Source: Lama glama (taxonomy: Eukaryota). Taken from it: 64,000 nucleotides of DNA. Under the pieces are notes generated by a model. That model made no database searches. It was not told the DNA's origin and saw only the letters and a program-made list of their open reading frames with translations. Where the stretch lies: positions 92,258,001 through 92,322,000 of the forward strand of contig CM052816.1 of NCBI GenBank assembly GCA_028534125.1, in the 5' to 3' direction. Below, piece by piece: positions 37,223 through 49,310 of this stretch; within the stretch, counting starts at the first letter, position 1, and every line of letters begins with the position of its first letter. The translations under genes and the position numbers were made by a program.

Positions 37223-40200
37223 GATCCAGGAAGTTTTGGATTGTAGATTCTAGAGGGGTCCAGAGAGAGGGTTGGCTTGCTCACAGACTCATGAACAGTG
37301 AACTACAGTGACCAAGAAAGCAGGGTAAGACCGGATGAAAGTCAGGTGATGACACAGAGAAAGAAAATGAGAGAACCAGGGACCAAACCCTCAATATAAT
37401 ACAATGACTCATTCCCTTGTGCGGGCAATAACCCCTCCCAAGGGAATTCCGAAAATGTTCTATTATTTGAGCCAATCTAATGCCCACATTGTGGACAGAT
37501 GCATCTATTGTTATGATTGTTTAAAGCCAATTCCATGACTTAAGTCATATATTTCTCTAATCATAAACAACAGCAGAAAAACCCAGCTCCGCTGACAGCT
37601 GTGCTTTTGTAAAGTACAACACTGGCCTTTGAGTTGGACAGAAAGCCTTGCTTTGGAGACACAGGCTCACGCTCAAGGCTACGTACCTTCAAGTCAGCCA
37701 TCATTTAAGTAGAAGGGGAGTTTTGATTTTTGGAAGAAACAGCTACCTAAGGAGAGATCAAAAGTTAAACAAGTCTATGGAGATAACAGATAGGCTTGGT
37801 ATGACGTCAGATGAAAGCCAACGGCTTCAATAATCAAAGCTGCCTGAGAAATTTTCCTCCAGAAATCCCTTCTCGGCTCCACGACCCCCATGTATCTATT
37901 TACTCGCTCGCCGCATGCTACAGTAAAGTAAGGCAGGGCTGGTGAAAACGAGAATTTTGAACAATGCATTATACCATATAATTCTAAATGCAGCCTTGTA
38001 TGATTAACTATAGGGCTACAGGGTCTAATGCATGTGTTTTTCAGGCTATAATATTTCTCCTTAGATACATCATTTATAGCTGATTAGACAGGGTATCTTG
38101 TCATTTCTATGAAAAACTGAGCTTCGACACAATTCCCTTTCATACACTATTTCAAGCTACACATGACTCCGGATAATTAATCCCTGTCCTGAAATGGAAG
38201 CCCATCCTAAGCAATGTATCTGCACAATAGCCAACACTCATTTGAACCCCCAACAAACAAAAAGATATCTAAGGTTAAATTTCATTATTATTAGTTGACT
38301 TTAAGAGTCTATTAAATAATATGATCTTGTCATTTCTCCAACCTACACCTTTGTGTGAGGATTTGATAAATGTCACATCGGTGAGTAAGGTACAGAAACA
38401 GAACTACATTTAACGTGACAGTGTAAGTAGCTGTCAGGTTTGGGATTTGAAGTCAGGTGATCCTGGAGCTCATGCCTGTCTCTGTGAATATCTAGAGATC
38501 ATGCAGTTCTCTGAGACCATGAAATTAGGAAGAAAGAGTTCTGTGAATATAAGGATTTGGATGTGTCCAATAGACTTAAGGTTTTCTGTTCATCTTAACT
38601 ATGATTTATTTTTATTTTTGTTTGGTGCTTAATAGAATTCAAACAGAGAATAAAAATACATCAAATGAGATTTTTCCTCAAATCCTGCTTGTTAAACAGG
38701 AGTGGGATAATGAATTCAGAGGGTTATTTCTGAACCAAGCTAAGGTCAGTTTCTAACCTGCTGAGCCATCGTATGTGCAGAGAAGTGAAAAGATAACCCA
38801 GAAATAACGTCTAAGATTAAAAGTCCGTTTGATTTGACTTGATGTGGTTTGATAGGTTAGTTTTCCGCAGAACATGAAGGAAAGGCAGGTCATGGCTTGA
38901 GGCTCCCTGGGTCTATAAATATAGAAGGTGGGATTTTCAGCTGGACGATTCTCTTCATTTGTCCACAGAGGTGTTGGGGGAAAGCAGAGCATCCAGGTGC
39001 CCGTGTCAGGATGTTACACCAGGTGCTTCACTGCCTTGCACCTTGAAGCCAAAATGTGCTCTCTGAGGAATTAATTTTCCCCCGAAGAGAAATATTAAGT
39101 TCAAGAAATGACTGCAGTCAATGAAAGGAATATCTACCACTTTTACCTTTTTTAATTCCAAAGCATAAAAGAAGTTCAGTCTCTATGGAAGATCTCTGCC
39201 TTCTCTGACTATATTAAAAAACTACAATCAAAGGCAAGAAACCCTGAGGTTTAAATTCCAGAAAATATTTTCACAAAAGCATATAATACAGCTGCTGCTC
39301 CCAACGTGGTGAGCAGGGAGTCGGGGTGAGCAGCTAGTGACGTCACAGACTTGAGCTAGGAGAATTTAAAAATGATCTCTTTTTACGAATTTGGTCGCCC
39401 TCAAGGGTGCTTTTTTAAATTAAAGTATGGTCAGTTACATGTCAATTTCTGGTATACAGCACAAAGCTTTTTTTACTTCTCTAATATTATAGAGAATATG
39501 ACATTAAATATTACCGAGGACAGTATTATAAGGCTTTTCAAAAGGAATTATTCTAGGGTATGTAAGAGAGCTTTTGCTAAGCAATTTGAGACTAAAGGGT
39601 AAAAAATCCTGTGAAAAAAAGGAGGAAATAGCTATTCAACTGTTACTGCTACGAAACACTGAGCCCTTCCCTTTTTGCCTATGAACTTCTGGAGTCATTA
39701 CCCTTCATTCCATTTAGGTAAGTATTAGTCATGTTCATGGGTAAATGGTCAGTAGATATTTTTCTAGACAGTTTTTGTGCTTCATCATAAGCATAATGAG
39801 TTGTTCTTGCCATGACATTGAATGTTTACTCAAATGTAAGAAAAGGGACAGAAGTCAGAAAAGGAAAAAAACGCAGAGGGTAAGCATCTCACGATATATT
39901 AAACAGATGCCACTCATCCAGGGGAACAAGTTACAGGAGAGTTTGGGTGAGTTGTCCAGATCAGGAATTCATCAGCAGATTATCTCAGTTGATATCAGAA
40001 GCTTAGGGTTCTCAAATATTTCCTTCAGGGGATTGAATAAAAGAAGCGGTTCCTCAAACAAGGGTGGCTCTGATTATGAACACGATAAACAGCTGCCATT
40101 GTGGTCTGGTAGATGAAGGCACAAAATAAACAGGAATTTAATGTCTTATTCCAACAAGCTTTCACCAAGAAGAGCACGTTCCATTCCACCAAAACATACA

Positions 40201-40879
40201 TAATGTCTTGTTAATTATTTCTTTTTCATCAGATGAGAATTGTCTCCTTTGTCAAGGAACGGATAGGAATGTCTCCAACTAGTTAGTTGGCTTTTCAGCA
40301 CTAGGTCATAGTATTCCAGCTGGACTGACTACAGGCTAATACAAAAAAAAAAATCTCAGCTAAAACCGAGTCAACAAATCACTCAGGAGAGAGATGCTAG
40401 ACTTCAGAGTTACCATTTCTCCCTTGCCAAGACCTTGAGGCTTATTTCTTCAGGCAAAAGTCATCATCATAAGGGATAACCAGTCTCCTCTTGGAATACT
40501 TCAGCTGTCCCCTGCCATTCTAAAAAGATTAATTTTCTTTCATCTCAAATGTTTTCAGTTGGAACTGCAGGCTCAGCTAACTGAAAAACAGAGACAGGGT
40601 GCATGGTTTAAAATCTATCACTCCTGTATTTCATCCCATCCAGAGGAAAGGAAGGCTCCCATTTCTTGTCTCCACTTCAGTTTCTTCTTATTTCCTCAAA
40701 GAAATAAGACGTTTGATCGTGATACAGAACTAACTCGCACTTTTCTCTCTCCAACCTCTGCCCCACCAAATCACAGTATGAGAATACACCAGTTTCACCC
40801 TTTTCCTGTTGTTCGGGACAATACAGCCATTGATACACAGTAATAGTTGTGGCGGTGGCAGCAGTAATACAGTCATTAT

Positions 40880-41160
40880 AGTAGTAACAAACATGGATTG
40901 GAAAGATTAATTACAAAGATCAATTAATATCTCCTGGCTAGATGCCAGGCCGAGTGCCTTTTGTACATTATCTAATTGAAACTGCACAGCCCTGTGAGGT
41001 AGGTATTATTATTCTGCTTATTTTTCCAAAGAGGAAACTGAGATATGGAGCTTAATTAATTTGCTTAAGGTCACACAGCTGGTAAGTAATGGAACACCAA
41101 GACTTGAATCCAAGTAGACCAATTCCAGAGCACCCCACTTTTCACAGCTGTGATGTACTA
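40880..41160 (-). mobile_element. MIR SINE
   Basis: ccctgtgaggtaggtattatt...gaggaaactgagatatggag...ttgcttaaggtcacacagctggtaagt. Confidence 0.8.
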
Positions 41161-41358
41161 CTTTGAGCAAATGCATCAATGAAGAGGAAGAGGAACCTAC
41201 AAAATGCCATTCCAGAGGCTTCCCTGGTGATCATCAACGTTCTCTGAGTTTCCAGGATGCCAACATTAACAAAGTACTGTTAATACTCATGCTTGGAAAC
41301 ATATTAGAGTCTCACATACATTTCTGGAAGCTAAGAGCGAATTTCCCAAAAGGCCTAC

Positions 41359-41491
41359 CTTGAAATTTGTGTGCAAAATTACTGGAATGAATATACTTGC
41401 ATTGTGGTGGATATTCCAGTTGGGAAAAAGAGACAGGTACACTCCATCCTTCACGTACCTCCCCAGAGAAGTTACAAAGAAATCATGAAAT
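41359..41491 (-). CDS. Candidate internal coding exon (R)FHDFFVTSLGRYVKDGVYLSLFPNWNIHHNASIFIPVILHTNFK
   Basis: Acceptor ttgttctgttgccacattaacag, donor AAG|gtaggc; 133 nt open; lies within ORF 41287-41574; non-repetitive. Confidence 0.35.
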
Positions 41492-41614
41492 CTGTTAATG
41501 TGGCAACAGAACAAGTACAATACTATCTGTTTCTTCACACTGGCTGTGATCTGTGTGGGTGATAATGTGTGCAAAATGGCAGGAGCTTTGTCACCCCATC
41601 AATGAAACAGCCTT

Positions 41615-42020
41615 ATCGTCATTCTAAATGAAGTGATCCAGAAAGAGAAAGGAAAATACTGAACGACATCACTCATGTGGAATCTAAAAAAAGAAAAAAG
41701 AAGGCACTAATGAGCTCATCTGCAAAACAGAAACAGACTCACAGACATAGGAAGCAAACTTATGTTTACCAGGGGGGAAGGGGTGGGAAGGGATAAATTG
41801 GGAGTTCGAGATTTGCAGATACTAACCACTATATATAAAATAGATAAACAACAAGTTCCTACTGTATAGCACAGGGAGCTATATTCAATATCTTGTAGTA
41901 ACCTATAATGAAAACGAATATGAAAAGGAATATATGCATGTATATGTATGACAGGAACATTATGCTGTACACCAGAAATTGACACATTGTAACTGACTAT
42001 ACTTCAGTTTAAAAAAAAAG
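41615..42020 (+). mobile_element. L1 3' end
   Basis: cgtcattctaaatgaagtgatccagaaagagaaa...actgactatacttcagtttaaaaaaaaa. Confidence 0.9.
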
Positions 42021-43060
42021 TCTACTCTGAAGAGTTTGCCTGAAAGTTACATAGTGTCAAATGGTTCAGTCCTTCCAATCTCTTATTACAGTAGTACTGG
42101 TGGTTGACTCCCTCAGATCCATCCCACTTCAAATGATGAGCCATGGTGCCCCCACTCCTCTTGCGGATAATTAGCTTAGAGGTGGCATTCAGTACAATCC
42201 TGGCCAGAGAACTTTGGGGGAAAGTTTTCATTTTATCCTTTGGAGGATGCCCTATATGCTTTAAGACCTGGAATCACAGCCATGATATCAACACGTGGTG
42301 AAGGTCAAAGTAAACAAAATTTCCAGAAAGCAGATCTAAGGCTCTGAGATACCACAGTAGGAGCTGCCTTACCTATGAAATTTTTATTAAGTAAGATGGA
42401 AAACTCCCTTGTGTTTCCTTATGTTTGAATCAATTTGAGTTAGAGACTTCTATTGCTTAAAACTCAAGTTGTCTTATCAGCATCTCTTAACATTTAAAAT
42501 CTCAAGAATTCTTAGTGAGGACTGAGGATGTAGGAGATAACTCAGAATTATGCTTATCTATGTAGAAATTGTTACCTGCAAACAACTCCTAAAATAGCCA
42601 GCAAAGGCACCTCCATAGAAATCATTTTGAAAAGTATTTACAAGAAATTCCTAGGATGAATGGGGGAGGTGGTGGGGGTGACCTTTCTCTCCCTATCTTT
42701 TGCATCTCTAAGTACAGAGAAGAAGATCCAAAAAAAACTAAAAGAATTTTTCATAAAGGTCACTCTACAAGTGTGATTAAGACAGAATCTGAATAACTGC
42801 TTTCACAGTGCTTTATACTATGAGAAGTATTTTCAAAGCACATCACATTTGATGTTCACCATCACCCTGGAATCCAGATGGGTCCTATATTAACTTCCTT
42901 TAACAAACAAGGAAACTATGAGTCAGAAAAAATCATTTGACTTGCCCTTATTAAAGACGTATCTATGACTAGGACCCAGGTTCCCGATCTGTATCTTAAC
43001 GCTTTTCCATTGTCTACATTTGGGGCTCAGTACAGCAGAGTGAAAAGAACATGGGATTTT

Positions 43061-43259
43061 TTTTTTTTGGATTGTACTTTGTTTGCTATTTTTTAAATTT
43101 TTTTATTGAAGTATAGTCAGTTTACAATGTTGTATCAATTTCTGGTGTACAGCATGATAGTTCAGTCATACATACATACTTACATTCTTTTTCAGTTCAG
43201 GATACTGTGAGATTTTTTTTTATTGAGTTATAGTCAGTTTACAATGTTGTGTCAGTTTC
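43061..43259 (-). mobile_element. Composite L1 insertion: two L1 3' termini within one TSD pair, inside a MIR
   Basis: Perfect 14-bp TSD gaacatgggatttt at 43047-43060 and 43260-43273. Confidence 0.8.
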
Positions 43260-44152
43260 GAACATGGGATTTTAATTCCAGCTCTGCTCCTCTCTGCTAC
43301 TAACCACGTTGCTTTAGGCAAACCACTTGTGCCTACTACGTAATAAATGCTCACAGATGACCTGCATTACTTTTACCATTGTTCCAACAGCCTTTTCCCT
43401 GTAAGTCTTCATCTTAGGGGTGAACAAACTCACGCTCACTTACTGGAGAGGGATTATTAAACGTAAGGTCTTGCTAAAGTCAAAGATGACTTTCACCATG
43501 TTTACCTAAACTGCATCATTTCTGGCTTTTAACCATCTCTACCTTTAGCCCTTGGAATCGTAGATGACATCCACATGATTGAGTATGTTCGTGTAATAGC
43601 TTTTATTACGTGGTGATTGCTTGGCTGTGAAATTTACTTATCAAGGAAATGGCAGGGAGTGAAACTAACTATTCCTAATGAGAAGGGTTTTCTTGCTCAG
43701 TTCCTGCTAATCCCTGGAATGAGTTCAGTTATAGACGAACTTCAGGACTCCTCCCTATTGTGTGAGCCCTGGTGCAACCGAGCTGGTCCCAGGCTGCCTT
43801 GTTTTGATATGAAGTCTGAGAGGGACACAAGAACAGCCCAGAATATCCTGGCTGAAGTGAGGTCCCCTTCACCCCAGCCTTTGCCTGGACCCAGACCCAC
43901 CAGACAGCTCTGTCTTGGCCACACTCAGTATCAAACCAATATAGGTTGACTTCAGCCTAGCCTCACATCACCAGAATAGGCCAGTCTAGAAGAGCAACCA
44001 CCATAACAATGGGCCCTTAGCTCATTTTCCTCTCCATTGAAAATCTGGCTTGTAGCTTTGACGAATAAAAATTTCTCTTGTGGCTAATTTTGCCCATGGT
44101 AAATTAACAAGAACATTGAGAATAAAAACACAAGTAGTCCTAATGGTTTTAA

Positions 44153-44282
44153 TTAGAATGACCAATCATCTCAGTCTGCCCAAGACAGTACCGGTTTATA
44201 CCTTTTGTCCTGGTATAATTAATAGTGCATCCTTTTCTTGAAAGGGTCCTGGTTTGAACAATAAATTACGTGGTCCCCATAG
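44153..44282 (+). mobile_element. MER94-like hAT-Blackjack MITE
   Basis: tagaatgaccaatc...agacagtaccggtttatacc...cctggtttgaacaataaattacgtggtccccata. Confidence 0.65.
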
Positions 44283-44484
44283 ATCTAGTTGCTTAGGAAA
44301 TGACCGTCTGTCCATTGGCTTAATACTTACTGGCAGAGCTATACTCAAATACCCCCATGAAGGCTCTCAAAGAAGAAAACTATCAATTTATTTTCACGGG
44401 GGTGAGTTACCGTGATGGTTCACATCCTTTCCGTATCCCCTTCATCAGAAATATGTCAGAGAACTCACTTTTAAAAGACTGCTC

Positions 44485-44915
44485 TAAGAATGAAAGTTTG
44501 CCATTTGCAACAATATGGATGGACCTAGAGGGTATTTGCTTAGTGAAATAAGTCCGAAAGAGAAAGACAAATGCTGCATATTATCACTTACATGTAGAAT
44601 CTGAAAAAAAAAATGAAACAAATGAGTGGATATGACAAAACAGAAACAGACTCACAGATATAGAGAACAAACTAGTGGTTACCAGGGGGGAGAGGGGAGG
44701 GGGAAGGGGCATGAGAGGGGTAAGCTTTTAAGAGGTGCAAACTACTATGTATAAAATAAATAAGCTACAAGGATACACTGTACAGCACAAGGAACATAGC
44801 CAATATTCTATAATAACTTTAAATGGAATATAATCTTTAAAATATTGAATCACTATGTTATACACCTGAAACTAATATAATATTGTGAATCAACTATACT
44901 TCAATAAAAAAATAA
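44485..44915 (+). mobile_element. L1 3' end (older artiodactyl-type)
   Basis: ttgccatttgcaacaatatggatggacctagaggg (LPFATIWMDLEG)...atcaactatacttcaataaaa. Confidence 0.9.
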
Positions 44916-45570
44916 ATATATAAAAATTGTCTTATTATTTCATATAATGACTCATTTCCCTGGCATTGACAAGGAGATATGCAATGTAAATACAAAATCC
45001 ATGAAATTGAAACTTTCCCTTCTGAAGACACTTTAATTTCATGTTTATAAAACTTTTTGTTAAATGAACTGAATGGGTTATTCTAAAAATTATACGGTCT
45101 CTCACTGCTAACTCACTGATGACACAGTGGGGTCACTGAAGTAGTTAGCATTTGGCATTTAACTGAATTCCCCCTCTCTCTGCATTTCTTCTGTTCTCTT
45201 GTTGTCAACTGTCATTTCCCCAAGTGTCAGCTGTTGACAGTTCCCTACTCTCCCCACTACTTTTAATTCATTATGTGTTATAAACTAGAAAGAACCACAG
45301 GTCACTAAGGAAAACACCAAGCTTACTAAATCATTAGCCCTAATTTTAGACGTGATTCTTGGTCAATGGGCTTTTATCAGAAAGCAGATCTAGTCAGGTA
45401 AGACAGATGGTAGTCACCATCTTCCTCCTAATAGGACTATTTCAGTATTTTTAAGTTCTAGATAGCAAATTTGCCAAAAACAACCTCAGGAAAGTGGGAC
45501 ATTATTAAACCACTGACTTTAGTTTGTGAGTTGGAATAAATGAAAAATGTTCTACAAAATCCATTACTTT

Positions 45571-47698
45571 CAGTAGAATGTTGAATAGCAGCAGTGAAAA
45601 TGGGCATCTTTGTCTTATTCCTATTTTCAAGACTGTTATTCGATACTGGACTGGAAGTCCTAGCCAGAGTAATTTGGCAAGAAAAAGTAATAATAAAAGC
45701 CATCCAAATTGGAAAGGAAAAACTAAAACTTTATTTATTTGCAGATGACATGATTCTATATACAGAAAATCCCAATGAATACACCAAACAGTTGCAAAAG
45801 CTAATAAACAAATTCAGCAAAGTTAAGTGGAAGACCAACACACAAAAATCAGCTGTGATTTTATACATCAGCAATGAACAATCCACAAAGGAAATTAAGA
45901 AAATAATTCTATTTATAATAGTATCCAAAAAAAAAAGCCTAGTAATAAAGTTAATCACAAAGCTGAAAGACTCAAAATCTGAAACTATAAAACGTTATGG
46001 AAGAAGGTTAAATAAGACCTATATAATGAAAAAAATAGCCAGTATTCTTGGATAGGAAGATTTACATATATTGCTAAAACAGCAATACACCCCAAGCATT
46101 CTACAGATTTAATTCAGTTCCTATTTAAATTCTAATGGCTTTTTTTTTTGAGAAATAGAAATGTTATTTTCAAATCTATATGGTATTGCAAGTGGCCCTG
46201 AGTAGCCAAAACAATATTGAAAAAGAAAAAAAGAGTTGGAAGACTCGCACTTTCTGATTTCAAAATTAACTACAAAGCTGCAATAATCAAAACAGTGTAG
46301 CACTAGCACAAAGCCAGACTTACAGACCAGTGGCATTTCATTGATAGTCCAGAAATAAATCCAAAAATTATAACCAATAGCTATTGACAAGGGTGCCAAG
46401 CTCAATCAATGGGAAAAGAACAGTCTCCTCAACAAATGGTTCTGGGAACAGTGTATAAACACATGCAAAAGAAAAAAGTAGGAGTCTTACCTCACTCCAT
46501 AATAAAAAAAAATGAACTCAAAATTGATCAGTGACTTAAATAAACATAAGATTTAAAAATAAAAACTACTGGAGGAAAACAAAGGGGTAAATCTTTATGG
46601 CCTTGGATTTGGTAATGGGACCCTAAATTTGACACTAAAAGCATGAGCAACAAAAGGAAAAAATAGATAAGTTGAATTTTACAAACATTAGAATATTTTG
46701 TGCATCAGAGGATATTATCAAGAAAGGAAAAAGACAACCACAGAATAGGACAAAATATTTGCAAAGTATATATCTGATAAAGACTTAGTATCTAGAATAT
46801 ATACAGCTATTACAACTCAACAGCAAAAACAAATAACCCAATTAAAAACTGGACAAAGAATTTGAATAGACGTTTCTCCAAATAAGATATACAAATGGCC
46901 AACAAGCACATGAAAAGAGTTTCAACATCATCAGTTATTAAGAATGTAAAAATCAAACCACAGTGAGATACTACTTCACATCTACTAGGATGGCTATAAT
47001 AGGGGGGAAAAGAAAGAAAAATAATCAGCACTGGCAAAGACATAGAGAAATAAGAACCCTCATTCATATATTTTTATGGGAATTTTTAAATGCTGCAGCC
47101 ACTGTGGAAAACAATTTGGTGACTCCTCCAAAAGTTAAACACAAGATTACCATATAATCTTGCAATTCCACCCCTAGGTGGAATTCCCAGAAGAACTGAA
47201 AACAAATGTTCAAACAAAGATGCGTTCACCAACGTTCAAAGCAGCTCTATTCACAATAGTCAAAAAGTGGAAACAACCCAAGTATCCATAGATACCAATG
47301 GATAAACAAATTGTGGTACGTCCACACAATGAAATATTATTCAGCCAGAAAAAAGAATGAAGTACTGATACATGCTGCAACATTGATGCACCTTGAAAAC
47401 ATTATGCTCCAGGAAAGAAGCCAGACACAAAAGGTTACACATAACATGATTCTTTTATATGAAATATCCAAAATAGGTAAATCCATAAAGGCAGATAAGT
47501 GGTTCCCAGGGGACTGAGGGAGAGAGAAATGGGGAGTGTTACTTAATGTACAGGCTGTTCTCTGGAGTGATGAAAAAATTTTAAAACTAGAGAGACGTAG
47601 TGTTCGCATGACATTGTGAATGTACTAAATGCCACTGAATTGTGTATTTTCAAATGGTTGATTGTATGACTTGTGGACTTTACTTCAATTGAAGGGGG
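45571..47698 (+). mobile_element. Old L1 (L1MB-like), ~2.1 kb, with 5' inversion
   Basis: ORF 45594-46055 contains LEVLAR...IQIGKEKLKLYLFADDMILYTENP (RT FADD motif); 3' end atgtactaaatgccactgaattgtg; 15-bp TSD-like aaaatccattacttt/aaaagccattgcttt. Confidence 0.9.
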
Positions 47699-48221
47699 AA
47701 AAGCCATTGCTTTGTCGGTAAATAATAACGTATTCCTTAAATTCCAGTCCAATGTCCTTAGTTCTCATACTTTTTCACATTAAATATCAATCATGTTGGC
47801 TTTAAAAAAAAATCACTCTTGAGGACAAAAATTTAAAAAGTGATAAACATGTCTCTTTTAAAGCTATTTGACAGTAATTTGTCAAAAGAATTAGCCAAAA
47901 ATAGATGATGAAATAGAGGCAATTCCCTGCTGTTGTTTTAAGAAGAAAGTTATGTTCACAATACACATATTGACATGAATCCAAGCATGGCAAATTTTTT
48001 AGCAGAGCCCAATATGTCTAGTGAATGTTTTTAAGGACTTGATTGTCTCAAATCTAGCAAAAAAGTAAGACCTCCACCTCTGTCACCAAGTGAATGTGCT
48101 TCAGTCTTCCTGGAAAGCCTGAAATATAGGCAGCAGTTAAGAGAAAGATGCAAAGAAGGATGGGAAAAAGAAAAAGTGGAAAGAGAAGATGAAAAGAAAA
48201 CTATGAACAAGAGATGGCACA

Positions 48222-48377
48222 GGGAGGATATAGGTCAGTGGTAGAGTGTGTGCTTAGCATGCACAAGGTTCTGGATTCAATCCCCAGTACCTCCATTTTA
48301 AAAAACAATTAATAAATAAATAAACCTAATTGCCTTCCTTCAAAAAAAAATGAAAAAAGTTACAAGAAAAAAAAAAA
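48222..48377 (+). mobile_element. Camelid tRNA-derived SINE (Vic-1 type), full length
   Basis: gggaggatataggtcagtggtagagtgtgtgcttagcatgcacaaggttctggattcaatccccagtacctcc (A/B boxes), aaacctaatt motif, A tail; flanks aagagatggc/gagagatgac. Confidence 0.85.
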
Positions 48378-48661
48378 GAGAGATGACTATTAGAAGATGA
48401 CAACCCCTTACCTAAACTACAAATTTTTTATCTTGATCAAAATGCCTTTCCATCAAGTCCAGTCCAGGAGGACAGAGCAAAAATGCCCGACACCATCCCC
48501 TAAAAAGGGGCTCTTCGTAGTTTAGGAGGAAATAATTTGGCCAAAAGCAATTTGGGTAAGACGACCACTGGATCATGTAGACAAGTTATTTGAAAGCACA
48601 TCTCCAGTTAAAAGTTTTTCACATGTTGGTATTTTGGGGGCACCATGGAGCCATTTTCTGT

Positions 48662-49310
48662 TCTTTAGTTGTGGTAAATACACATAACATAAAACTTCAC
48701 CCATGAAACCATTTTAAAGTCTACAATTCAGTGTAATTTAGAACAGTAGCAAACTGTGCAACCATCACCACCATCAAATTCCTGAGTGTTTTCATCACCT
48801 CAAAAGGAGCCCCCCTACTCATTAAACAGTCACACCTTTTTTGCTTCCCCTTAGCCCTGGACAACCATTAACCTGCTTTTTGTCTCTGTAGATGAATCTT
48901 TTTTGGATATTTCTTATAAATGGAATCATACAGTATGTGAACATTTGTGTCCAGCATCCTCTACGTAGCATGTTTTCAAGGTGCATCACTATTGTAGCAT
49001 GCATCAGTACTTCATTCCTTTTTATGGCTAAATAATACTCCATTGTATGTATATACCACATTTGTTTATCCACTGATCCCTTTATGGACATTTGGGTTGT
49101 TTCTACCTTTTGGTGACGGTGAATAGTGCTGCTATGAACATTGATGTACAAGTTTTTGTCTGAACATCTGTTTCCAATCTGGGGGAGCATATCCCTTGGA
49201 GTGGAATTGCTGGATTGTGTGATGATTCTGTGTTTAACTTACTGAGGAATCACCATGCTGTTTTCCATAGTGGCTGAACCCTTTTATGTTCCCACTAGTC
49301 ATGTATGCAT
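48662..49310 (-). mobile_element. L1MB-like 3' end
   Basis: ORF 48822-49190 QMWYIHTMEYYLAIKRNEVLMHATI is the L1 ORF2 C-terminus. Confidence 0.9.

Noticed and set aside
45594..46055. 153-aa ORF with FADD reverse-transcriptase motif as a functional RT gene
   Set aside because: It is a decayed fragment of an old L1 ORF2; its N-terminus comes from the inverted segment and it frameshifts downstream.
48222..48295. tRNA-like sequence (also 51050-51118)
   Set aside because: Followed by a SINE body, A-tail and TSD, with a degenerate cloverleaf; it is a SINE head, not a tRNA gene.
48412..48500. Possible minus-strand exon with donor TAG|gtaagg
   Set aside because: Stop codons in all three frames.
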